Shown here: positions 1-5,831 of the stretch, piece after piece
How positions within the stretch are numbered: the stretch's first letter is position 1
Layout: the number at the start of each line of letters is the position of its first letter
Source: a virus
Taxonomy: Duplodnaviria; Heunggongvirae; Uroviricota; Caudoviricetes
Length of the DNA stretch: 13,750 nt
IMG/VR virus record: IMGVR_UViG_3300037504_000201
Span: 64,001-77,750 of that record
Reading direction: 5' to 3' (one strand)
Translations under genes and position numbers: made by a program
Notes under the pieces: model-generated
The model's database searches: none
The model's input: only the letters and a program-made list of their open reading frames with translations
What the model was told of the DNA's origin: nothing

Positions 1-738
1 TGACTTCACTCTCACCCGCTCGGCCCGTGCGCGTGCCCGACGGCGGCGCGCTGGCTTGCGGGTCTGCTGCTGCTCGATTAAAAGCGCGCGCAAGGCGTCG
101 CGCTCCGCGTCTGACTTGGGGGCGGGGTCCACGGTCTGCTTGCAGCCGTTGACCCAGTAATTGGGGCAGCCCCAGAACAACAGATGCCCCTCCGACTCGT
201 AAAGCTCCATCGTTCGCCCGCACCGCTGGCACGTCGGCGCCGTTGGCTTGGGCGGGTCGAAGTACAGCATGCCCAATGTCCAGCGGGCGATGTGCTCACC
301 CGTCCGGGCGTCGAATACGTCGGTGTATCCGCGCCCGCGTTGTGCGATGACGGGGCGGTCGGAGCTGGACAGGCGCGCGGTGAACGTCGCTTGGTCCATC
401 CGCTGCGACGATGTGAATTTGTCGCGCGGTGTGTACAGCTCGCCCGCTTCGATCCGCTCGGCCACGCCCGCGTAAAAGCTGGCGATGGCACGCAATGTGC
501 TGAGCGCCTCGTCGTCGGGGATCTCGCTCGCGTCAAGCTGGGCGTTGACGAATGCCTTGACGTCGTCGGCCCGGTCGGGGTAGACGCTTGCGATCAGCTC
601 GCGCACCCGCTGCGCTGCCTCGCCGGCCTCACGCTCGGCAATGGCGCGCGCGACCTCGGCGTCGTATTCGGCGTGGCGCGCCACACGCGCGGCGACGGTG
701 GGGGGTAGCTGGCGGGTGGGGATGGTGACGATGTTCAT
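1..738 (-). CDS. Hypothetical protein with a topoisomerase-type C4 zinc-ribbon motif; runs off the left end of the window
   Basis: Not in the ORF track. ATG at 738 follows the RBS GAAGGAGACA, and the frame stays open to base 1 (246 codons, MNIVTIPTRQLPPTVAARVARHAEYDAEV...). It contains TCQRCGRTMELYESEGHLFWGCPNYWVNGCKQT at ~135-232 and has its own leftward promoter (781-809). Confidence 0.85.
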   Translation of the reverse strand, partial: MNIVTIPTRQLPPTVAARVARHAEYDAEVARAIAEREAGEAAQRVRELIASVYPDRADDVKAFVNAQLDASEIPDDEALSTLRAIASFYAGVAERIEAGELYTPRDKFTSSQRMDQATFTARLSSSDRPVIAQRGRGYTDVFDARTGEHIARWTLGMLYFDPPKPTAPTCQRCGRTMELYESEGHLLFWGCPNYWVNGCKQTVDPAPKSDAERDALRALLIEQQQTRKPARRRRARARAERVRVKS

Positions 739-780
739 TACTGTCTCCTTCTCGATCTAATCTCTCTCCGAACTAGCTAT

Positions 781-846
781 ACTATACCATATATCCTAGA
801 ATGTGTCAAGTAATTGCTTGACGCTTCCATACATTCGTGATAGTAT
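781..846. promoter_or_regulatory. Back-to-back divergent sigma70-type promoters
   Basis: Minus strand: TTGACA (809-804), 17 nt, TATAGT (786-781), with a TG extension. Plus strand: TTGACG (818-823), 17 nt, TAGTAT (841-846). The two -35 boxes form the inverted repeat GTCAAG-taattg-CTTGAC. Confidence 0.75.
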
Positions 847-866
847 AGGATTTAGGAGGTGATATA

Positions 867-1079
867 GTGAAAAAGCTAAAATTGAACGTGAAGCAGTTAG
901 CAGAAGAGAGAGGCCTGAGCGTCGCCGATTTGGCGCGCGCGTCAGGCATGGTCTATGACACCGCTTACCGCCTGTTCCAACCTGGGCGAACGCGGATCGA
1001 CTTGGTCACACTGGCCGCCGCTTGCGAGGCGTTGGACGCCGACGTGAGCGACGTACTGGTGTGGAAGGAGGAGGAATAG
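867..1079 (+). CDS. XRE/Cro-C1-type helix-turn-helix transcriptional regulator (HTH_26-like)
   Basis: GTG start after RBS AGGAGGT (854-860). The sequence LKLNVKQLAEERGLSVADLARASGMVYDTAYRL...IDLVTLAAACEALDADVSDVL is a typical XRE HTH pattern. Confidence 0.9.
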   Translation: MKKLKLNVKQLAEERGLSVADLARASGMVYDTAYRLFQPGRTRIDLVTLAAACEALDADVSDVLVWKEEE

Positions 1080-1312
1080 TGAGCGAGAACAAGTTCAAGT
1101 TTACGGCAAGGGTGTTGCCGAACATTGACGTAATCGTAAGGATTTACGTCAATGGTGGTAAAAGCGTCGATGTCCCATTCGACAGCGCCGAAGAGGCCGA
1201 GGCGTTTGCCGACCTGGTCAACGCGCCGCGTGGCGTGAGCGTCAATCAGCGCGCTGATGTGGTCGAGCAAGGATCGACCATCGTGGGTGCCACAATCGGG
1301 AGGATCGGATGA
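1079..1312 (+). CDS. Hypothetical protein, 77 aa
   Basis: GTG at 1079 overlaps the TAG of the HTH gene and follows the RBS AAGGAGGAGG, giving MSENKFKFTARVLPNIDV...GATIGRIG. The track's start at 1022 has no RBS. Confidence 0.75.
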   Translation: MSENKFKFTARVLPNIDVIVRIYVNGGKSVDVPFDSAEEAEAFADLVNAPRGVSVNQRADVVEQGSTIVGATIGRIG

Positions 1313-1407
1313 AAGCAAAGGTGTGGACGGCGCTTAGCCTTGTGCTCGGTGGCGCGGGGTTGCTTTACGTGCTGACCCGCAACGCCGTAGCGATACTGGC
1401 GAGCTAG
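1309..1407 (+). CDS. Small hydrophobic peptide, 32 aa, with one predicted transmembrane helix
   Basis: Below the track cutoff. ATGA overlap with the upstream stop and RBS GGGAGG at 1298-1303. MKAKVWTALSLVLGGAGLLYVLTRNAVAILAS ends just before a terminator. Confidence 0.7.
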   Translation: MKAKVWTALSLVLGGAGLLYVLTRNAVAILAS

Positions 1408-1412
1408 CAAGG

Positions 1413-1443
1413 AGGCCCCACCCGCCGAGGTGGGGCCTTTTTT
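1413..1443 (+). terminator. Rho-independent terminator
   Basis: AGGCCCCACC-cgccga-GGTGGGGCCT followed by a T run. Confidence 0.9.
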
Positions 1444-1494
1444 ATGTCAGTTATACACGGTTCCGTGTTAGTTAGCCGACTTAGTTTTAGCTCC

Positions 1495-1541
1495 TAAAAC
1501 ATTATATATATATTTTAAGGGAATCAATTATGTCAAATTGA
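1495..1541. repeat. 47-bp AT-rich direct repeat, copy 1 (copy 2 at 3261-3307)
   Basis: TAAAACATTATATATATATTTTAAGGGAATCAATTATGTCAAATTGA, 42/47 identical to copy 2. Confidence 0.9.
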
Positions 1542-1552
1542 ATTCTAGCGTG

Positions 1553-1587
1553 GAATAAAAAAGCCCCGCCGGGGTGGGCGGGGCTGG
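1553..1587 (-). terminator. Rho-independent terminator of the leftward cassette; duplicated at 2391-2425
   Basis: AGCCCCGCC (1562-1570) pairs with GGCGGGGCT (1577-1585). A6 at 1557-1562 is the U tract on the minus strand. 33/35 identical to 2391-2425. Confidence 0.85.
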
Positions 1588-1604
1588 GGGGGGCGATTGG
1601 CGGG

Positions 1605-1916
1605 CTAATTGCGGGACTCGACAACCTCCATTCGGTCGTTATCGATCCACAGCCGTTCGACCGATGCGCCGGACTCTGGCGGCGCCGACGTCTCCACAAG
1701 CGACTTGGGCCATCCGTCCTGTACGACGGTGGCAGTCCACTTGCCGTCCACACGCACTGTGTCCCATTGGCCTGGGCGATCCACAGCTCTCACCTCCTCT
1801 CTATACAATCTATCCACGGCCACCGCGATGACCGTGGAGATCGAATCATACCCCATCGCCACAAGCTCTACGGCTTGGGCGTGGGTTTTATCGGGCACCC
1901 TAACCGATTTACTCAC
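1605..1916 (-). CDS. Ribbon-helix-helix (CopG/Arc/MetJ-like) domain protein, 103 aa
   Basis: GTG at 1916 overlaps the upstream stop (GTGAGTAA) and follows AAGGTG. The N-terminus SKSVRVPDKTHAQAVELVAMGYDSISTVIAVAVDRLY has the beta-alpha-alpha RHH pattern. The track start is 1931. Confidence 0.65.
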   Translation of the reverse strand: MSKSVRVPDKTHAQAVELVAMGYDSISTVIAVAVDRLYREEVRAVDRPGQWDTVRVDGKWTATVVQDGWPKSLVETSAPPESGASVERLWIDNDRMEVVESRN

Positions 1917-2289
1917 TGGGCACCTTGCCATTCAATACCGACACGACCGCAGACACCAGCGCAGATTTGGAGTCGAAACTATAAAAAATCTCGGCCCCGG
2001 CATCGAAGCGCTCTCCCGTGATCACGCAGCGCCCGTCATAGCGCGACTCCATTTGCCTGCCGTTGGTCGCCAGGTCGTAGACTACCATAATAGTGTCTGC
2101 GATGTGCGCGCCAGGCTCGCCGGCTTCAGCGGCCGCCTTGGCGTAGCTGAATGCCCACGCCGGGGCGTCCTCGCCAGCGATGAGGACGCTGACAGTTTCT
2201 TCATCGCGCTCGGTTACCAACGCCTTGCGAACGGCCATTCCCCGTCCGAACTCCCGCTTGCGAATCTCGATCTTGATTTTGTGTGCCAT
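1909..2289 (-). CDS. Hypothetical protein, 126 aa, with a degenerate zinc-ribbon-like motif near the C-terminus
   Basis: ATG after RBS AGGAG and directly downstream of the promoter at 2332-2360. Contains MESRYDGRCVITGERFDAGAEIFY. Confidence 0.8.
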   Translation of the reverse strand: MAHKIKIEIRKREFGRGMAVRKALVTERDEETVSVLIAGEDAPAWAFSYAKAAAEAGEPGAHIADTIMVVYDLATNGRQMESRYDGRCVITGERFDAGAEIFYSFDSKSALVSAVVSVLNGKVPSE

Positions 2290-2331
2290 TTGTTTATCTC
2301 CTATTTGGTGGTATTTGTCTCAACTGGTTAT

Positions 2332-2394
2332 ATCGTACCACACAGCGTGGTATATGTCAAGGAATTGCTCGGAGTTTTTAAGGTTAGGTAGAAT
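2332..2394 (-). promoter_or_regulatory. Leftward sigma70 promoter module B with an operator-like inverted repeat
   Basis: TTGACA (2360-2355), 17 nt, TACGAT (2337-2332), with a TG extension. TACCAC-N5-GTGGTA lies across the spacer. Bases 2354-2394 are 38/41 identical to 3196-3236. Confidence 0.8.
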
Positions 2395-2425
2395 AAAAAA
2401 GCCCCGCCGGGGATGGCGGGGCTGG
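2391..2425 (-). terminator. Rho-independent terminator, near-identical to 1553-1587
   Basis: AGCCCCGCC (2400-2408) pairs with GGCGGGGCT (2415-2423). A6 at 2395-2400. Confidence 0.85.
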
Positions 2426-2438
2426 CGAGGGTGCGGGA

Positions 2439-2768
2439 TTATCTGTACTTTTCATCCGGCTCCAGAGCGGGTAACTTATCCCGATGAACAAGCCAAGAGT
2501 TCCCGACCTTCATCCCGGCGCCGAAACGCTCGTGGCGATTCTTGATAAGTGCCCGTGCGCGCCTGGGCGAAATGCCGAAATGGTCCGCAACATCCTGAAC
2601 TGTCATCAGTCCCATCAAGGCGTCGTGACGCCCGGCGATGAACGCCCGTTGTGCCACTTGTTCCAAAGCGTGGCGCACGCGACGATCAGATGCATGACCG
2701 GCGCCGTGTGGAAACATCATACTCATTGCGTTTTCGATTGCCCGATTGACTATGTCATTAGTTTTCAT
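2439..2768 (-). CDS. Helix-turn-helix protein (HTH_17/excisionase/MerR-like C-terminal domain), 109 aa
   Basis: C-terminal LMTVQDVADHFGISPRRARALIK...GMKVGNSWLV fits an HTH-plus-wing pattern. ATG at 2768 overlaps the end of the upstream gene; the track uses TTG at 2774. Confidence 0.75.
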   Translation of the reverse strand: MKTNDIVNRAIENAMSMMFPHGAGHASDRRVRHALEQVAQRAFIAGRHDALMGLMTVQDVADHFGISPRRARALIKNRHERFGAGMKVGNSWLVHRDKLPALEPDEKYR

Positions 2769-3129
2769 CGTCAAGGATATCCCGAACGCGGTCGGTCATC
2801 GGTAGGTCTTCTTCCTCGCAAACCAATGCGTCCCACACCTCGTTGTTAGCCTGATTACGTAGCGCCACCAGGTCGATCTCGACGTCGTGGGTGGGGTCCC
2901 ACATCCCGTGCTCATCGGTGTTTTCGCCATACACCTCACCCAGTACCTCGCTGGTGCTGGGTTGCCAGTAGATGGACGAGTCGCCTGCCTCAGCGCACAA
3001 TTCCTCAAAGCGCTCGGCGACCAGGTCGCCCAGCGCTTCCCCCTGCTCCGGGGTAATGTTGTCGCCCCAGTCGTCGTACAAAGCCGATATGCCCCAGCCT
3101 GAGCCGCGTGTAAAAACTGCCGTTGTCAT
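2758..3129 (-). CDS. Highly acidic hypothetical protein, 123 aa
   Basis: ATG at 3129 after RBS GGAGGAGG, first gene behind promoter A. By hand count it has 31 D/E, 5 R and no K. Confidence 0.85.
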   Translation of the reverse strand: MTTAVFTRGSGWGISALYDDWGDNITPEQGEALGDLVAERFEELCAEAGDSSIYWQPSTSEVLGEVYGENTDEHGMWDPTHDVEIDLVALRNQANNEVWDALVCEEEDLPMTDRVRDILDDEN

Positions 3130-3173
3130 TTGAATCCCTCCTCCTTCGTCTGAACGGTCAATCAACTAAATGT

Positions 3174-3236
3174 ACTATACCACAAGCGGTATAGCATGTC
3201 AAGTAATTGGTCGGAGTTTTTAAGGTTTGGTAGAAT
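3174..3236 (-). promoter_or_regulatory. Leftward sigma70 promoter module A with an operator-like inverted repeat
   Basis: TTGACA (3202-3197), 17 nt, TATAGT (3179-3174), with a TG extension. CTATACC-N6-GGTATAG overlaps the -10 and spacer. Confidence 0.8.
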
Positions 3237-3260
3237 TCAATGTGACTTAATTGATCGCAT

Positions 3261-3307
3261 TAAAACATATATTATATATTTTAAAGGAATCAATTATGTC
3301 AAATTGA
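3261..3307. repeat. 47-bp AT-rich direct repeat, copy 2
   Basis: TAAAACATATATTATATATTTTAAAGGAATCAATTATGTCAAATTGA, same orientation as 1495-1541. Confidence 0.9.
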
Positions 3308-3351
3308 TTGCTCTTGAATGCACTAAACGAGTGGGCAAGCTGGCATGCGCG

Positions 3352-3422
3352 TCTTGTTAACTCTTGTTAAGATTCTTAACAAGTTCTTGTTAACCCGACC
3401 TATTCTTGACAAGGCTTAACAA
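3352..3422. repeat. Cluster of five TTGTTAA/TTAACAA boxes
   Basis: Copies at 3352-3360, 3362-3370, 3375-3383 (inverted), 3385-3394 and 3415-3422 (inverted). Includes the perfect inverted repeat CTTGTTAAG-att-CTTAACAAG. Confidence 0.85.
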
Positions 3423-3432
3423 CACAAGGGTC

Positions 3433-3461
3433 TTGACGGCGGGGTAGAACGGGGGTAGAAT
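3433..3461 (+). promoter_or_regulatory. Rightward sigma70-type promoter with no supported protein gene behind it
   Basis: TTGACG (3433-3438), 17 nt, TAGAAT (3456-3461). Confidence 0.6.
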
Positions 3462-3466
3462 AGGGA

Positions 3467-3534
3467 TGTCTCCTTCCATCTATGGTGGAAGACGAAAGGC
3501 CCGCGACTCCCCAAGCTCGCGGGCCTTTTGATTT
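3467..3534 (+). ncRNA. Candidate small RNA (~65 nt) with a 5' anti-Shine-Dalgarno seed
   Basis: Lies between the promoter at 3433-3461 and the terminator at 3495-3529. It begins UGUCUCCUUCC and has an internal hairpin CUUCCAUC/GGUGGAAG. This is inferred; there are no expression data. Confidence 0.45.
3495..3534. terminator. Probably bidirectional Rho-independent terminator
   Basis: AAAGGCCCGCGA (3495-3506) pairs with TCGCGGGCCTTT (3517-3528), followed by TGATTT. It abuts the stop codon of the leftward operon at 3533. Confidence 0.85.
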
Positions 3535-4021
3535 ACCGTGCGTGGGCGCAACTAAGCGCAAGGAAGCGGCACACGAATGCCGCCTCATCGCGTGTCGGCG
3601 CCAGCTCCATCAGCGCCGGCAGCACCTCGCGCGCGCATCGCTCCGCTTTGTCGTACCATCCCCCGCACCCGACATAGTACTCGTCCGCCCACGCGCGGAA
3701 GGCGCGCATGGCGCGATTGAACCAGGCCGCCCGACCAGCGATGAATACAATTGTCTCGGGATCCGGCGCGGCGCGTGGCGTGTAGCGGACACGCACGAAC
3801 CGCCCGCACTGCTCGACCGGCTCGCATTCCTTCAGTGGCGCCCGTATCTGGCGCGCCACGAGCACCGCCACAACGTCGCCGGGCACCTCGACGCGCTCCA
3901 GTGGGTAATAGTCGGGCTGCTCGTACCACATCGCGCTCAGCTCCGCGCGTGTCGCCACCGGTTGACCGACCACGACCGGCGCGTCGAACAGTGTCTTTGT
4001 CGTCACAACTTGCCTATCCAT
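3533..4021 (-). CDS. Hypothetical protein, ~162 aa
   Basis: RBS GGAGGT at 4033-4028. The GTG/ATG start (4024 or 4021) overlaps the upstream stop, and the gene is the last of the leftward operon before the terminator. Confidence 0.8.
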   Translation of the reverse strand: MDRQVVTTKTLFDAPVVVGQPVATRAELSAMWYEQPDYYPLERVEVPGDVVAVLVARQIRAPLKECEPVEQCGRFVRVRYTPRAAPDPETIVFIAGRAAWFNRAMRAFRAWADEYYVGCGGWYDKAERCAREVLPALMELAPTRDEAAFVCRFLALSCAHAR

Positions 4022-4239
4022 CACTTTACCTCCAATGCCCAGTAGAGCCTACCGGGCCGATATTGCGCCACCGTCAACGTCACCGTCTGGCACGCCAAAA
4101 ACGCCAGCACCGCCAGCGCGGCGATACGCAGAATACCCCGCGCCCCACGCGCCGGACCGTCTACCACGACACGATGGGCGGTGATCACGGCGGCGAGAAT
4201 GATAATCAACGCACGAACTGATTTTAGCACCTCTAACAT
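4021..4239 (-). CDS. Small membrane protein, 72 aa, with two hydrophobic segments
   Basis: ATG at 4239 after RBS AGGAGGAG. Hydrophobic stretches are VRALIIILAAVITA and ILRIAALAVLAFLACQTVTLTV. The track start at 4299 has no RBS. Confidence 0.75.
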   Translation of the reverse strand: MLEVLKSVRALIIILAAVITAHRVVVDGPARGARGILRIAALAVLAFLACQTVTLTVAQYRPGRLYWALEVK

Positions 4240-4249
4240 CTGTCTCCTC

Positions 4250-4435
4250 CTATAATATGGTGGCGATGAACAAAAGAGCGATGAGCGCGGCGGACGCAAT
4301 CCCCACGACGAGCCAGATCAGTTCAATCAGCGGCGTAGTCTCCGGGCCTTGCAGCTCAAAGACCTCCTTATAGCCGTCTGAGTACTCGTATATTTTGCGC
4401 ACGAGTCGCCGCTTGCCTTGTTGCTCTTCGTCCAT
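4250..4435 (-). CDS. Small protein, 61 aa, with a C-terminal transmembrane helix
   Basis: Ends LIELIWLVVGIASAALIALLFIATIL. A purine-rich AAAGAAAGGG stretch precedes the ATG, and the gene fits the operon spacing. Confidence 0.75.
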   Translation of the reverse strand: MDEEQQGKRRLVRKIYEYSDGYKEVFELQGPETTPLIELIWLVVGIASAALIALLFIATIL

Positions 4436-4511
4436 TTCGCCCTTTCTTTCTACTACCCGGCGATACCCCCCTTTTGGGGCGGGTAGAACGCGGGGTAGAA
4501 GGTAGAATCGT

Positions 4512-5831
4512 CTATCTCGCCGGCCCTAGCACTTCCCGGACGCGCTCGTTGGCCTTCCCGCCGGTGTAGCCACGCACGGCCAACTCAATCTGCCCGCGAT
4601 TAAGGCCCATCTCGTCAAGGCGCCGGATCATCGCCGCCTCTTCGTCCTCGTCTTGCTCGTCGCCGCCTGGCAAGGCGTCATTGATCGGCCCGCCGGTGCG
4701 CAAGATGCGCTCAAACTCGTCCCGCCCGACCCACGGCGCCTGTAGCTCGCGCTGTTCCTGGCCGACGAGCTGCACGAACATTCGGCCCGGTGCCTTGATC
4801 TCGGCAGCGTCGCCCGAACCCAAGACAACGTGGCTGGACGACTTTGGCAACTTTAGCGCCGCGCGCGTCGAGAACTGATCGCGCACCTGCGGCGGCATCA
4901 CGCGGTAGCCCACGCTTTGCCCGGTGAGCACGACGTACACGCCATATTGGCGCGCCGTCTGTACGAGATCCCGCAGCGGTTCCCCAATTGCGCCGTCATT
5001 CAGCGCCGCAGTCCCTTCGTCCACCACCACGACCCAGGGGGGCACATCTTGTCCCGTCGCGCCGTTGTACTCGATGAGATTGGTCGCCTTGGGCGCGTTG
5101 GCTTCGTACTGGTCGCGCCGCCGACCAACCTCGGCCCGGCACGCGGCAAGCACCTGCGCCGCCGAACGCCCGTCGCGCGCCACGGGCCACAACAGTTTAT
5201 CCCACTCACGCGCCACGTTGAACTCTGAGCCGTAAGGATCAATCAGCGCCACCTCGACCGTCTCACGCGCCTGGGCAAGCTGGGTAAGCAGTGCCCGAAG
5301 GAACACGCTCTTTCCCCATCCGGAGGCCCCCACCGCCAGCACGTGCATCAGCTCGTGGAGCGGCGCGCTCACCGACTGCATGCCGCGCTCGGTGGGGTAA
5401 GCGCCGATGACCAGATTGTCAATCGTCGGGCGAGAGACGAGCTTGGACAGCGCCACTTGCTCCGGCCATCGCGGCGCCATCGCCTCGTCAACCGCTTGCT
5501 GGACGTTGGCGGGTAGCGCACGCCCACCGATCTGCTCTTGAATCATCGCCATCATTTGCAGCATCGGATTGAAAAAGCGCTGCTCCAGGTCGCGGTAGCT
5601 GTTGCCGGTTTCGAGGTCGAGGATAGCCTTGGTGCCGGGGTCGTAGGCGTAGCGGTCACCGATGACGCGCAAGCTCTCTGCGCGCATCTCTTGCTCGCGC
5701 CAGCGGTACGATTGCCGCACGTTAAGTAGGCGCGTGTAGCGCTCGAACGCGGCGTCGTATAGCTTGAATGCAACGGGGACGCTAAGCGCCCCCAGTCCCA
5801 GCCCGGCCCCCAAGATCGTCAGAACGTCCAT
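4512..5831 (-). CDS. FtsK/SpoIIIE-family ATPase (TraB/TcpA-like DNA translocase candidate) with an N-terminal membrane anchor
   Basis: Walker A HVLAVGASGWGKS, then VALIDPYGSEF, Walker B WVVVVDEG and the ARQYGVYVVLTGQ motif typical of FtsK/HerA-clade ATPases. Hydrophobic N-terminus; RBS GAGGGAG. Confidence 0.85.
   Translation of the reverse strand: MDVLTILGAGLGLGALSVPVAFKLYDAAFERYTRLLNVRQSYRWREQEMRAESLRVIGDRYAYDPGTKAILDLETGNSYRDLEQRFFNPMLQMMAMIQEQIGGRALPANVQQAVDEAMAPRWPEQVALSKLVSRPTIDNLVIGAYPTERGMQSVSAPLHELMHVLAVGASGWGKSVFLRALLTQLAQARETVEVALIDPYGSEFNVAREWDKLLWPVARDGRSAAQVLAACRAEVGRRRDQYEANAPKATNLIEYNGATGQDVPPWVVVVDEGTAALNDGAIGEPLRDLVQTARQYGVYVVLTGQSVGYRVMPPQVRDQFSTRAALKLPKSSSHVVLGSGDAAEIKAPGRMFVQLVGQEQRELQAPWVGRDEFERILRTGGPINDALPGGDEQDEDEEAAMIRRLDEMGLNRGQIELAVRGYTGGKANERVREVLGPAR

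Noticed and set aside
78-708. Track ORFs 78..536(-), 184..708(+) and 248..475(+)
   Set aside because: They are shadows of the RBS-supported minus-strand gene starting at 738, which the track omits because it is truncated.
1502-2545. ORFs 1502..1753(-), 1574..1831(+), 1609..2391(+), 1767..2021(+) and 2180..2545(+)
   Set aside because: They are antisense to or out of frame with the cassette genes, have no RBS, and run through promoter or terminator modules.
1495-3307. Repeated modules read as a CRISPR array or as integron attC sites
   Set aside because: There are only two copies of each repeat, separated by whole genes. There are no regular spacers, no cas or intI gene, and no attC RYYYAAC/GTTRRRY ends.
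3400-4221. ORFs 3400..3588(-), 3482..4045(+), 3585..3929(-), 3610..3792(+) and 3751..4221(+)
   Set aside because: They lack RBSs, are Arg/Ala-rich GC shadow translations, and 3482..4045 crosses a strong terminator.
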